DNA of 64,000 nucleotides from Candidatus Azobacteroides sp. (GCA_021201815.1 JAJQEC010000090.1:107370-171369); one strand, 5' to 3'. Positions 10,836-21,755 are shown, numbered from the stretch's first letter. Program-made: numbers and translations. The notes: generated by a model not told the origin, from the sequence alone.

Positions 10836-12479
10836 ATGAAGAAAACATATTTATTTATCCTCCTGTTTTGGTCTGCCTGTTCAATGATCGTATTTGCGAA
10901 CGAAGCGAAGCTCCTGTATGACGTATATGATTATGGTGCAAAAGGAGATGCTTCGGCATTGGACACGAAAGCGATACAGGATGCGATCAATGCCTGCCAT
11001 CAGGGAGGCGGAGGGCGGGTAGTTCTCCATAACGGTAAATTTTTGTCAGGAACTATTTATCTGAAAGATAATGTCACCCTGTTTATCGAAAACGGCGCAG
11101 TCCTTTTAGGAAGCAGGCATCAGAAAGATTATCCTGTTACCGGATCTGAATTTCCGTCCTATCATGGAACCTTTCTTACCAACCGTATACTTATATATGC
11201 GGAAAACGCTTCTAACATTTCCATCCGGGGGAATGGGACAATCAACGGGCAGGGGGAAGAATTCTTCGGAATAGATGAACTGGAAGCCTTGAAGGAACGC
11301 CCCAGGATCATTCATTTCCGTAAATGCAGGAATGTAAAAATAAAAGATATTACCCTTTATAATTCAGCATCGTGGGTGCAGAACTACTGGGCTTGTGACA
11401 ATCTGGTTATTGATGGTATAACGGTCGATAGCAGGGAAAATCCGGATTTGTCAAAACCTCGTTTTGCAGATGCGCCAGGACGAAATACCGATGGCCTTGA
11501 TATTGTGGATTGCAGGAATGTGCGCATTTCAAACTGTTTTATCGACAGTGGGGATGATGGGATATGCTTCAAAAGCTTTTCCCAGAAAGAAGGTTGCCAT
11601 CATATTACGGTTACCAATTGTGTGATTACTACCAATGCCTCCGGAATAAAAATCGGAACCGAATCGGTAGGTGCGTTTAAGGATATCACCATATCCAATT
11701 GCGTTATCTTCGATACGCGCCTGGGTGGAATCGACATTATGTGTGTCGACGGGGCACAGGTAGAACAGATACTTGTTTCGGGAATAACCTTGAGGAATAT
11801 TAACGGAACGGCAATCTTTGTGCGCCTGGGTAACAGGGGCAGAATGCACCGTGAAGACGAAACACCCCGTGACGGGTATGTAAAAGATATTTCTTTTCGC
11901 GACATCTACGGAACAAATATAGACCGCTATGGCTGTTCCATAACCGGCATACCTGGCAATCCGGTCGAAAATATCGTATTAAGCAACATACACCTGAAAT
12001 TCAAAGGAGGCGATTCCCCCTTCTATTTTCAGGGAGAACCCGGTAATCTTGTAAAAGAGCACACCATCGAATCAGTTCCTGAGATTCCCGGCAATCATCC
12101 CCGGGGCGATATGTTCAGAAAACTTCCTGCGTATGGATTTTACGTTCGTCACGTAAATAATATCCTGTTTGATGGAGTGCGCCTGGATACACAGGAAGAG
12201 GAAAAGCGTTATGCGCTTGTAGCTGACGATGTAAACCGTTTAGCTTTAAACCGCTTTTCGGCAAGATCATCCGCAGTTGCCCCCGCTTTAATCCACCTTC
12301 TCAACGTAAGGGATGCTGACATAAGTCATTCCCATGTGCTTTCACCGGCAAATATATTTGTTGAAATATCAGGAAACAATACGAAGAATATCCGGTTGCT
12401 GAACAACGATCTATCCGAGGTAAAGCAGGCATATACCACTAAGGAAAAAGCATTGGAAAAGCAGGTGACAAATAAGTAG
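10836..12479 (+). CDS. Glycoside hydrolase family 28 (polygalacturonase-like beta-helix)
   Basis: YGAKGD, NTDGLD, GDDGICFKS, GIKIGTES motifs. Confidence 0.9.
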   Translation: MKKTYLFILLFWSACSMIVFANEAKLLYDVYDYGAKGDASALDTKAIQDAINACHQGGGGRVVLHNGKFLSGTIYLKDNVTLFIENGAVLLGSRHQKDYPVTGSEFPSYHGTFLTNRILIYAENASNISIRGNGTINGQGEEFFGIDELEALKERPRIIHFRKCRNVKIKDITLYNSASWVQNYWACDNLVIDGITVDSRENPDLSKPRFADAPGRNTDGLDIVDCRNVRISNCFIDSGDDGICFKSFSQKEGCHHITVTNCVITTNASGIKIGTESVGAFKDITISNCVIFDTRLGGIDIMCVDGAQVEQILVSGITLRNINGTAIFVRLGNRGRMHREDETPRDGYVKDISFRDIYGTNIDRYGCSITGIPGNPVENIVLSNIHLKFKGGDSPFYFQGEPGNLVKEHTIESVPEIPGNHPRGDMFRKLPAYGFYVRHVNNILFDGVRLDTQEEEKRYALVADDVNRLALNRFSARSSAVAPALIHLLNVRDADISHSHVLSPANIFVEISGNNTKNIRLLNNDLSEVKQAYTTKEKALEKQVTNK

Positions 12480-12500
12480 TAAATCCAGGTAATAAAGCGT

Positions 12501-14360
12501 ATGAAAATGATAAAAACAGAAAACAAAACCATCATGCACAAGATAAAATATCTTCTGTTCATCTGCCTGCTATCCGTTTGTTATACAAATGGTGTTTTCG
12601 CACAGGGAACAGAGCATATAAGCATATTGAATGCCTATAACCGCGCCTCTGTTTCGCTTGACGGGCAGTGGCAAACCATTATCGACCCGCAGGAACAGGG
12701 TTATTACGACTACCGTTACCTGCCTAAAAACAATGGTTTTTTCCAAAACCGGAAAGCGCGGAACAAAACGGACCTGGTGGAATATAACTTTGACACCGGA
12801 CTTCCCTTACATGTTCCCGGTGACTGGAATAGCCAGCAACCGGAACTGTTATGGTACGAAGGCACCATATGGTATGAAAAGAGTTTTTCCTATATGCGTA
12901 AGGACGGACAACGGACTTTCCTGCATTTCGGAGCAGTAAACTACGAGGCAAAAGTATATCTGAACGGTAAAAAACTGGGAGAGCATATCGGTGGGTTTAC
13001 CCCGTTCAGCTTCGAAGTAACGGATGACCTGAAAGACGGAGATAACTTTATCGTGGTAAAGGTAGATAATAAACGCCGTATAGATGGCATACCTACCATC
13101 ATCTCCGACTGGTGGAATTACGGCGGGATTACCCGCCCGGTAAAGCTGGTTGAGGTGCCGCAAACCTTTATTCAGGATTACCTGATTCAATTGAAGAAAG
13201 GCGAAAATAACCGGATTGACGGATACGTAAAAGTAGCCGGTTCGAACGCTTCACAGGAAGTTCGGATAAGCATCCCCGAACTTAAGCTAACCAAGTCGTT
13301 TAAAACCGATATCGATGGATACGCCAAAATTGAATTTTCACAGAAAGTGGACGCATGGTCTCCCGAAAATCCCCAATTATATGATGTGCAAATATCTATG
13401 GGAGAAGATAGTATATCAGACAGAATCGGCTTTCGTACCATAGAAACAAAGGGACAGGATATTTTACTCAACGGGAAACCGGTATTTCTCCGCGGTATCT
13501 GTATTCATGAAGAAGCGGCATACCGGGGAGGGCGTGCCCACTCTCCCGAAGATGCCAGGGTATTACTTACATGGGCAAAAGAAATGGGATGCAACTTTGT
13601 ACGGCTCACGCACTACCCGCACAATGAACACATGATTCGTGAAGCCGAAAAAATGGGGCTTTTGATATGGTCTGAAATTCCGCTTTACTGGACTATTCAA
13701 TGGGAAAACCCGGAAGTATTGGCAAATGCAAAGAATCAGTTTACGGAAATTTATCAACGTGATAAAAACAGGGCTGCCGTTATCCTCTGGTCGCTGGCAA
13801 ACGAAACGCCATTAGGTGATTCCCGGTTGAAATTTCTTTCCGGTCTGGCTGAATATGTACGTAGTATGGATGATACACGTTTGCTGACGGCTGCCATGGA
13901 AATGCACGAAAAAGAGGACGACCCTGGTACAATAATAATCAACGATCCGCTGGGCGAATACCTCGATGTACTCGGATGCAATGAATATTACGGATGGTAT
14001 GGTACTTTACCTGACAAATGCAGAAACCTAACCTGGACTATGGAATATGACAAACCATTAATCATGAGCGAATTCGGCGCAGGTGCAGTATATGGTATGC
14101 ACGGAGAGAAACCGGACAGGTGGACGGAAGAATACCAGGAATATTTTTACGAAGAAAACCTTGATATGCTCAGGAAAATTCCATTTCTGAGAGGTACGGC
14201 ACCATGGGTGTTGATGGACTTCCGATCACCACGCAGGCCACTTGGTGGTGTTCAGGATTATTACAACCGGAAGGGGGTGATTTCGGATCAGGGAAATAAG
14301 AAAAAAACCTTTTATACCCTGAAAAATTATTATCAGGAAGTGAAGAATACCTTTAAATAA
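12501..14360 (+). CDS. Glycoside hydrolase family 2, beta-glucuronidase-like
   Basis: DWWNYGGI, RLTHYPH, WSLANE, MSEFGA, YNRKG (NxK) motifs; exact start uncertain. Confidence 0.9.
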   Translation: MKMIKTENKTIMHKIKYLLFICLLSVCYTNGVFAQGTEHISILNAYNRASVSLDGQWQTIIDPQEQGYYDYRYLPKNNGFFQNRKARNKTDLVEYNFDTGLPLHVPGDWNSQQPELLWYEGTIWYEKSFSYMRKDGQRTFLHFGAVNYEAKVYLNGKKLGEHIGGFTPFSFEVTDDLKDGDNFIVVKVDNKRRIDGIPTIISDWWNYGGITRPVKLVEVPQTFIQDYLIQLKKGENNRIDGYVKVAGSNASQEVRISIPELKLTKSFKTDIDGYAKIEFSQKVDAWSPENPQLYDVQISMGEDSISDRIGFRTIETKGQDILLNGKPVFLRGICIHEEAAYRGGRAHSPEDARVLLTWAKEMGCNFVRLTHYPHNEHMIREAEKMGLLIWSEIPLYWTIQWENPEVLANAKNQFTEIYQRDKNRAAVILWSLANETPLGDSRLKFLSGLAEYVRSMDDTRLLTAAMEMHEKEDDPGTIIINDPLGEYLDVLGCNEYYGWYGTLPDKCRNLTWTMEYDKPLIMSEFGAGAVYGMHGEKPDRWTEEYQEYFYEENLDMLRKIPFLRGTAPWVLMDFRSPRRPLGGVQDYYNRKGVISDQGNKKKTFYTLKNYYQEVKNTFK

Positions 14361-14456
14361 TAGCTGAAAAATTATCTTAATCTCAAGTTATAACAAACTA
14401 AGGTTGTATTATCTAACAATGTAATAATTATAAAGCCTTAGTTCTAAAAAAATAGT

Positions 14457-15785
14457 ATGACAGTATTTAAAAATCTATGCATGCTGGCAATTTCCTCCTT
14501 CCTGATCTTGTCATGCAACACAAAAAATGATGACCTATTTGCTAACCCTGATAATGAGAAAATTGAATCCTGGGATGGCAAGACGAAACTGTATGTTCCG
14601 ACAAAAAAACTCACATCGGAACCCGGTCATCATTGGTTTGCCTATTATGACAAGATAGAGTGTGACCCGACAAACAGGTATGTCCTGTGCATGAAGACCA
14701 CCTTTGAGCACCGTTCACCCACACCGGAGGACGTAATAGAAATCGGAATGGTCGATTTGCATAACGACTGCGCATGGATAAAGCTTGGCGAATCCCGTGC
14801 ATGGGGGTGGCAGCAAGGCTGCCAACTCCAGTTCGTTCCCGGTTCCGATGGCGAAATAGTATGGAACGACAAAGAAGGCGAACGATTCGTGTGTCATATC
14901 CTGAATATCCATACACGGGAAAAAAGAACCATCCCATGGGCAATATATGCCTTAAGCCCCGATGGAAAATGGGCGGTAACAGTAGACTACCGCCGTGTAA
15001 ACGATACCCGTCCCGGGTATGGGTATGCAGGCCTTTCCGACCCCTATGCCAATGAGCTGGCACCGGAAAAATCCGGTATCTGGAAAATAAATATGCAAAC
15101 CGGAGAATCGGAACTCATTATTTCCTTAGCACAGGTAGCAGGATTGGAAAATCCCTACGATACCCAAACCCGTGATGCCAAGCATTGGTTCAACCATTTA
15201 TTAATCAATCCCGACGGAACCCGCTTTATATTCCTGCACCGCTGGCGTTATTCCGACGAAGAAAGGACAGCAAAATACAAAGACGTAGGAGGCTGGGGAA
15301 CCCGCATGCTGACGGCATCCGAAGACGGTTCCGACATTCGCATAATAGACCCGTACAACTATACCTCCCATTTTATCTGGAGAGATCCGCAACATATCCT
15401 TGCATGGACAAACATCCCCGGAAAAGGAGACGGCTTCTTCCTGTTCGAAGATGCCGTGGGCGGTAACATCGAACAGGTCGGAGAAGGTATCATGACTGAA
15501 AACGGACATTGCACCTATCTTCCCGGTAACCAATGGATATTGAACGATACCTATCCCAATACCGAAACAGGCTTGCAATCTGTATATCTCTATCATGTAG
15601 CCACAAATACGCGGGTGCCTTTGGGTGATTTTTATTCCCCCCTGAGCCGTGGACTCGAATGGCGCTGCGATACACATCCGCGCAGTACAATAGACGGACA
15701 GTATGTAATCGTCGATTCTCCGAATTGGGAAGGACGCCAATTGTATATGATGGATATCAGAGGAATTATATCTAATACTAACTAA
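14457..15785 (+). CDS. Beta-propeller lipoprotein, oligogalacturonate lyase (PL22)/TolB-like
   Basis: Lipobox LSC; HHWFAYYD, AWGWQQG, HWFNH, GHCTY, RCDTHPR motifs. Confidence 0.6.
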   Translation: MTVFKNLCMLAISSFLILSCNTKNDDLFANPDNEKIESWDGKTKLYVPTKKLTSEPGHHWFAYYDKIECDPTNRYVLCMKTTFEHRSPTPEDVIEIGMVDLHNDCAWIKLGESRAWGWQQGCQLQFVPGSDGEIVWNDKEGERFVCHILNIHTREKRTIPWAIYALSPDGKWAVTVDYRRVNDTRPGYGYAGLSDPYANELAPEKSGIWKINMQTGESELIISLAQVAGLENPYDTQTRDAKHWFNHLLINPDGTRFIFLHRWRYSDEERTAKYKDVGGWGTRMLTASEDGSDIRIIDPYNYTSHFIWRDPQHILAWTNIPGKGDGFFLFEDAVGGNIEQVGEGIMTENGHCTYLPGNQWILNDTYPNTETGLQSVYLYHVATNTRVPLGDFYSPLSRGLEWRCDTHPRSTIDGQYVIVDSPNWEGRQLYMMDIRGIISNTN

Positions 15786-15812
15786 CAGTTTTACTATTAA
15801 AATTAACCAATT

Positions 15813-17384
15813 ATGAAACATGTAACCTTTTTCTTATTGGCAATTATGTTTGTATCCTTTTCCTTGTCGGTAAAGGCACAAAATGTGTATTATGTGGCGG
15901 ATGACGGCAATCCGTCCGCTGATGGCCTTTCCTGGGCTACTGCCACTACGCTTGAAGCTGTGATACCAAAACTTGCATCGGCAAATAATAACCGCGATCA
16001 TGTTTTTGTAAAGAAAGGAACGTATATAGCGCCGGAGGGGAATGGCTTTTATTTTTCAAGCGCTCCAAGCAAGAAATATGCTACTTTTTATGGTAATTGT
16101 GACGGAACGGAGTCTTTGACCCATTTACCCAATCCTACCGGAACAATAGAAACGTATCTGAAAGCGGCAAATTCAGGTTCGGAAGACCTGGACAGGGTGA
16201 TGAGTATTGATGGTGGCATTCTTAATTTCACCGGATTTGATCTTTCCGGAGGGGATGCCTCTAAAGCCACCTTCACAAAAGGCTATGGAGGAACTATCTA
16301 TAATTCGGGTGGTACGGGTGCTTTTAAATATTGTAAGATTCATGGAGGCAAAGCCACTCAGGGTGCAGGAGCGTATATTGTCTTATATGGGGCACCGGTA
16401 GACTGGACGTTAGAAAATTGCGAAATATATGACAATGAATCATCCGATATGGGGGGAGGTCTTTACCTTGGTAGTTCCACTAAAATAAGTAACTGCCTGA
16501 TAAGAGATAATATATCCGGTAAAAGCGGTGGGGGTATCCGCATGAACAATTCCAATCAGGCTGCGATATTTAATTCTACCATAATAAATAATAATGCCGG
16601 AGGTGCCGGAGGGGGCATATATCACATGCAAGGAGACATTGTCAATTGTCTTATCGCAAATAATACCGGATCTTCCGGTGCCGGGGGTATACAGTTTCAT
16701 GCATCGGGAAGAGGGCGATTGATTAATTCTACCATTGTAAATAACAAAGTGATTGCAGGAGGAGAGCAGGGCGGTGGAATTTCTGTAGCATCAGGAATAG
16801 TGAAAAATTGTATTGCATGGGGAAATACTATTGGGGATGGAGCTACAAAAAATGATATATATGCGGTTGGGAACAACGACTCCGAAAATAATACCAGTAT
16901 GGTTGAGTATTCCTGTTTTGAATCCATTTCTGTTAAGAGTGGCTTCAACTATGCAGCTACCGTACAAAACAATCTGGCGGAGGGTACTGATCCTTTGTTT
17001 ACAGATGCCGGGAGTAATGATTTTACACTACAACCCATGAGCCCGTGCAAAGATGCAGGGGATAATGATGCTTACGATGCGGAATACCCTGATAAAGACC
17101 TGAATAACCAGGACCGTATTATAGACTCCATCATTGATATGGGTGCTTATGAAGCAACGGAAAACACAGTCGGCATGCAGGGCCCGGCATCCGGAACGGT
17201 ATGTGTGTATTCTTCAGATAAAGGATTGCTTACTGTAAACTCTAATGGGAATGTTGCCATATATGATATGTGTGGAAGAGTACAATTTGCAAAAGCTCTT
17301 TCCGGTGCTACTGATTTCCAATTACCGGCAGGACTTTATATAATAACCATCAACGGTCGTTCTTATAAAGTCATTGTAAAATAA
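15813..17384 (+). CDS. Secreted parallel beta-helix protein with choice-of-anchor Q-like and T9SS-like C-terminus
   Basis: DGLSWATA, repeated NxxxxxGGG(I/L)Y turns, IDMGAYE, GLYII...KVIVK. Confidence 0.8.
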   Translation: MKHVTFFLLAIMFVSFSLSVKAQNVYYVADDGNPSADGLSWATATTLEAVIPKLASANNNRDHVFVKKGTYIAPEGNGFYFSSAPSKKYATFYGNCDGTESLTHLPNPTGTIETYLKAANSGSEDLDRVMSIDGGILNFTGFDLSGGDASKATFTKGYGGTIYNSGGTGAFKYCKIHGGKATQGAGAYIVLYGAPVDWTLENCEIYDNESSDMGGGLYLGSSTKISNCLIRDNISGKSGGGIRMNNSNQAAIFNSTIINNNAGGAGGGIYHMQGDIVNCLIANNTGSSGAGGIQFHASGRGRLINSTIVNNKVIAGGEQGGGISVASGIVKNCIAWGNTIGDGATKNDIYAVGNNDSENNTSMVEYSCFESISVKSGFNYAATVQNNLAEGTDPLFTDAGSNDFTLQPMSPCKDAGDNDAYDAEYPDKDLNNQDRIIDSIIDMGAYEATENTVGMQGPASGTVCVYSSDKGLLTVNSNGNVAIYDMCGRVQFAKALSGATDFQLPAGLYIITINGRSYKVIVK

Positions 17385-17446
17385 CATATGCTAAAAACAA
17401 ATTACTATTAAACAGTTTATTTATTAACTAAAATTGATTAATTATC

Positions 17447-19081
17447 ATGAAAAAGAAAAACTTTTTTGGACTTGCAGCCATGCTTCTGGGCTTTTTTCTG
17501 ACGCTGAATGCTCAGAATGTATATCATGTAACTCCTGATGGTACGGCAACTGCTGACGGACTTAGCTGGGAAAACGCAACGACCCTGCAACATGCAATCG
17601 AGCAATCTGCCGAAGGTACCGCCGAAGTTGGAGACGTTATCCTTATAAAAAAGGGAACCTATACTGCCCCTGAAGTGGACGGTTTTTATTTTGACGACAA
17701 AAATGTAACCCTGTATGGGAACTGCGAAGGAACAGAGACATTAAATAGTCTTCCGGGATATACGGATGCAACCGTTATCGAAACCTATTTAAAAGCGGCT
17801 GTTGATGAGAATCAGGAAGCGTTGGGGCGTGTCATGACAATCGCTAAAAGAGATGTGACCCTAATGGGTCTTGACCTGTCGGGAGGGGACGCCATGAAAG
17901 CCAATATTTCAAAAGGTTTTGGTGGTGTCATTCATTCCGAAGCTAATAAAGGGGTTATAAAGTATTGTAAAATACACGGAGGCTCTGCAAATTCGGGTGC
18001 AGGAATTTATCTTGTGGTATATGATTCCTATGCAGGCCCTCATATTGACCATTGCGAGGTATATGAAAATGAATCTACCGGAATGGCAGGCGGAATTTAT
18101 GTGGGAAATTATGTCCTGATTACAAATTGCATTGTCAGGAATAATATGGCAGAGACCAGTGGCGCAGGAATATACAATAACGACACACGAACGGGTACTA
18201 CCACCATATTCAACTGTATTATAAAAGATAACATAGCCAAAAAGCAGACCGGTGGTGCTTTCATTAAATCAGGCTATCTTGTCAATTCTCTTATTTCCGG
18301 AAATTCAGGGGGTACTATTTGCGGTGGCGTGATGCTGGATGGGTCAGTAGCCGATGTAGACTGCCACATTGTGAATTGTACGGTAGTTAATAATACGGTT
18401 GACACAGGTATTACTACAGATGCAGGAGGTGTGCGTCCCGGTGAAGGTCATGTGTACAACTGTATTATCTGGGGTAATCTGAAAAATATGTTAGGGGAAA
18501 ATGAGGATACTACTGAACCAATGGAGAGTGATATATTTATTCAGGCAAGAGGAGATAGATTTATCGGGTCAAGCACGGTGAAAAACAGCTTTTATAACGC
18601 ATTCTTCATAAATCCTGACGGCTCATACGAACCGGATATGGCAGATAATATAGAAGGAACGGATCCATTCTTCCTGGATGATACGGAAGGTGATTTCAGA
18701 TTGCATGAATTAAGTATGTGCATAAACAAAGGAAACAACGATTTTTATAATAATGCTGTAAAAGCATTTCCTACATTGAACGCACAAAAAGACCTGAAAA
18801 ACCAGGCCCGCATTGTAAATTCCACCATTGATATGGGTGCTTACGAATATACTACCGAACCCCTGAGCATTAAAGAACAAAATGCCGGAGATAAAACGAT
18901 GGTGTATTCTTCAGGAAAAGGAATATTGACGGTTGAATTTGACGGGGAAACAGCCATATATGATATCGCAGGTAAGATGCATTACCACCAGAGAGTGGCC
19001 GGTTCAGCAGATTTTAAATTACCTGGCGGCATTTATCTGGTAAAACTACCTGCTAAAACTCACAAAGTAATCGTTTACTAA
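17447..19081 (+). CDS. Paralogous secreted beta-helix protein with choice-of-anchor Q-like and T9SS-like C-terminus
   Basis: DGLSWENA, YGNCEGTE, DLSGGDA, IDMGAYE, GIYLVK...KVIVY; colinear with 15813..17384. Confidence 0.8.
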   Translation: MKKKNFFGLAAMLLGFFLTLNAQNVYHVTPDGTATADGLSWENATTLQHAIEQSAEGTAEVGDVILIKKGTYTAPEVDGFYFDDKNVTLYGNCEGTETLNSLPGYTDATVIETYLKAAVDENQEALGRVMTIAKRDVTLMGLDLSGGDAMKANISKGFGGVIHSEANKGVIKYCKIHGGSANSGAGIYLVVYDSYAGPHIDHCEVYENESTGMAGGIYVGNYVLITNCIVRNNMAETSGAGIYNNDTRTGTTTIFNCIIKDNIAKKQTGGAFIKSGYLVNSLISGNSGGTICGGVMLDGSVADVDCHIVNCTVVNNTVDTGITTDAGGVRPGEGHVYNCIIWGNLKNMLGENEDTTEPMESDIFIQARGDRFIGSSTVKNSFYNAFFINPDGSYEPDMADNIEGTDPFFLDDTEGDFRLHELSMCINKGNNDFYNNAVKAFPTLNAQKDLKNQARIVNSTIDMGAYEYTTEPLSIKEQNAGDKTMVYSSGKGILTVEFDGETAIYDIAGKMHYHQRVAGSADFKLPGGIYLVKLPAKTHKVIVY

Positions 19082-19123
19082 TTTCATTAAAAGTAAAATC
19101 TTACGATAGATACAGACTTCAAC

Positions 19124-19167
19124 AAAAAACGGGTGCGAACGAGAATGCTTCCGCCGTACCCGTTTTT
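19124..19167 (+). terminator. Rho-independent terminator-like hairpin
   Basis: aaaaacgggtgcg ... cgtacccgttttt downstream of the 19081 stop. Confidence 0.6.
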
Positions 19168-19234
19168 ACTTAACAAAAGAAATATTCATAGGATAATCAA
19201 CAGAAAGTGAAACGAACTTCACATCTTCTCAATA

Positions 19235-19343
19235 TGAAATAAAGCATGAGAACAGAGTTCCCTCCACAAGATGATGTTATTTTTTCTCATGCGGCATTCC
19301 ATACGACCTTAATTTAAAAATTAAAAAATAACGTATGAAAAAA
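19235..19343 (+). repeat. Conserved leader, copy 2 (upstream of GH31)
   Basis: Colinear with 8451-8560; contains gcatgagaa...ttctcatgc inverted pair. Confidence 0.85.
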
Positions 19344-21755
19344 ACATTTATTTATTCCATACTCCTTTTGTTTTTATGTATTGCTGGTGTACAGGCGCAG
19401 GCAAAAACAGGGAATCTATTAACATTGGAAGATTCAGGAAACGAAATAAAGATTTTCAATAGCCGGTTGTCAGCATTAGTGATCAATAAATCAAGCTGGA
19501 AATTGCAATTGTATGGTCCGGACAAAAAAATACGTACCTCGGATGTTGTTGCACCATCTTTTAAAATAAACAAGGCCTGGGTTTCCGTAGAAAGGATTAT
19601 TCAGGCAGAAAAGCGGAAAGATGATTCAATAAAATTGGATATCATCCTTTCAAATGGAGAAAAAGGAAATGTGATGATCACTGCGGCAGGAGAGTCCGGT
19701 TTCAAATTGCTGATAGAATACGGCAATCCGGGAGTTGTGGCAATAAAAGGTGTTTTTTCGTTGAGTGATATAGAAGAAATCTATGGTTTTGGAGAAATGT
19801 GGAACGGGCATGTAGCTCAACGGGGACGTTCGTTCGATTTATGGGATAAATCGGGAACGCCGGATGAATGTGCCTATATGCCGTATTTTGTTTCAACAAA
19901 CAATTATGGGTTCTTTTTGAATTATGGAGGGAGAGTCAGTTTCGATGTAGGGCAAACCAATGCTTCCAAATTAGTGTTTGAAGCTCCGGTTGCTACATAT
20001 GAATTTACGCTTCTGACCGGAAGCAGCGTGGCAAATACCGTGCAGAATTTTTCCCGTATAACCGGTATGCCTGCCCGTCCGCCCCGCTGGGCATACGAGC
20101 CCTGGTTCTGGCTGATGAGTGATCCCGACCAGCCGGCAGCGGATATAAACACATTGACAGGGGAACATTCGCTTCAGATGGTACAACGATTGAAAGAACT
20201 CAATTATCCTGTTGGCGTAACCTGGTTCGAACCCCCATGGCAGGATGCCCGTACATCTTTTATTCCCAACAGGGAATTCAGTCCTGATATCAAAAAACTG
20301 ATACAGGAAATAGAAAAGCTCGGAGTAAAATCGCTGGCGTGGTCGGTTCCCTATACGACAAATGAGGCTTCTAACTGGAAAGAGGCTGTTGAAAAAGGCT
20401 ACCTGGTTCGTAAGCCGGAAGGGAAACAAATGGATGAGAATTTTATAATAACCTCCACAGGCGAACTGGAAGGGAATTTTTATACTGCTATCGACTATTT
20501 CAACCCTGAAGCAGCAGCGTGGTGGCAAAAGCAGATTGAACATTCGGTAGAGTTAGGGTTAAAAGGGTATAAGGCAGATGCAGGGCAGGATATTCCCGAA
20601 GATGCCATTTTGCATGGAGGTCTGCTTGGAAAAGATATTCACAATTCGTATGCATTAGAATATAATAAAGTATATTACAATGCGCTGAAAAATAAATTGG
20701 GAGATGATTTCTTACTTATACCCCGTGCGGCATGGATAGGATCGGCTCCCTATCTGAATTTCAAATGGCCGGGAGATTTGACCACTGACTATGCGAATAA
20801 CGGATTGCCGTCATCGGTCTATTCTTCTCTAAGTCTGGCGTTGAGCGGAATCCCTTTTGTATCGACTGATATCGGGGGATTTGAAAACAGACCGGCACCC
20901 GAAGAAGTATGGATACGGTGGGCACAATTCGGCGCATTCCTGCCGGGTATGCAAACGTTGAATATGCCGTGGTGGTATTCGGAAAAAGCACAGGATCATT
21001 TCCGTTATCTATGCTGGTTGCATAACGATCTGATCCCATTCTGGGAAAGCCTCGGCTTCGAAGCCCAACAGTCGGCTACTCCTATCATCAGACCTCTGGT
21101 GTGGGATTATCAGTCCGATATGAAATGCTGGCGCGTTGATGATCAGTTTACCGTAGCCAATGCTTTTCTTGTGGCCCCGGTTATAAATGCGAATCTGAAC
21201 AGGGATATTTATCTCCCCGAAGGCAAATGGTTCGATTTTTGGGATGAAGATATTATTATAACCGGTCCCCGGAAAATGCGCTGGTCAAAAGACAGAAGCG
21301 AGGGAATCTACAAATTTCCTCTTTATATACGCGAAGGTTCTATTATCCCGATGGAAATATCAAACAATATATCAGGTTTCGGGACCGAGTGGTCAAAGGG
21401 GTACACAACGTTGGCCATCTGGCCTGCATCCGATAAAGAAAGCGGATTTAAATTACAGGATGAGAAAGAAGTGGTATGGATAAAAGTGAATAACCCTGTA
21501 AAAAACAAGATTAACATTACATGGGATAAAACCGGAAAGAAATACCTCTTACGAGTGCATCTGACAGAAAATCAACTCCCTGAGACGGTGGCGTGGAATA
21601 CTAAAACGAACCTGCCAAACAAATACAATAGCATCGATTCCTTTAGAAAAGATGATAAAGAAGGCTGGTATTTTGATACTGCTACCAAAAACCTGTGGAT
21701 AAGAACATTGAAAAATGAATATGGAGGAACACTGGCAATTACTTTAAAACAATGA
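19335..21755 (+). CDS. Glycoside hydrolase family 31
   Basis: YGFGE, PPRWA, DYFNPEA, GYKADAG (nucleophile region), WPGD, TDIGGF, RWAQFG, YLPEGKW. Confidence 0.9.
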   Translation: MKKTFIYSILLLFLCIAGVQAQAKTGNLLTLEDSGNEIKIFNSRLSALVINKSSWKLQLYGPDKKIRTSDVVAPSFKINKAWVSVERIIQAEKRKDDSIKLDIILSNGEKGNVMITAAGESGFKLLIEYGNPGVVAIKGVFSLSDIEEIYGFGEMWNGHVAQRGRSFDLWDKSGTPDECAYMPYFVSTNNYGFFLNYGGRVSFDVGQTNASKLVFEAPVATYEFTLLTGSSVANTVQNFSRITGMPARPPRWAYEPWFWLMSDPDQPAADINTLTGEHSLQMVQRLKELNYPVGVTWFEPPWQDARTSFIPNREFSPDIKKLIQEIEKLGVKSLAWSVPYTTNEASNWKEAVEKGYLVRKPEGKQMDENFIITSTGELEGNFYTAIDYFNPEAAAWWQKQIEHSVELGLKGYKADAGQDIPEDAILHGGLLGKDIHNSYALEYNKVYYNALKNKLGDDFLLIPRAAWIGSAPYLNFKWPGDLTTDYANNGLPSSVYSSLSLALSGIPFVSTDIGGFENRPAPEEVWIRWAQFGAFLPGMQTLNMPWWYSEKAQDHFRYLCWLHNDLIPFWESLGFEAQQSATPIIRPLVWDYQSDMKCWRVDDQFTVANAFLVAPVINANLNRDIYLPEGKWFDFWDEDIIITGPRKMRWSKDRSEGIYKFPLYIREGSIIPMEISNNISGFGTEWSKGYTTLAIWPASDKESGFKLQDEKEVVWIKVNNPVKNKINITWDKTGKKYLLRVHLTENQLPETVAWNTKTNLPNKYNSIDSFRKDDKEGWYFDTATKNLWIRTLKNEYGGTLAITLKQ

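Noticed and set aside
15813-19081. Diversity-generating retroelement or shufflon
   Set aside because: No reverse transcriptase, template repeat or recombination sites; divergence is spread along the genes
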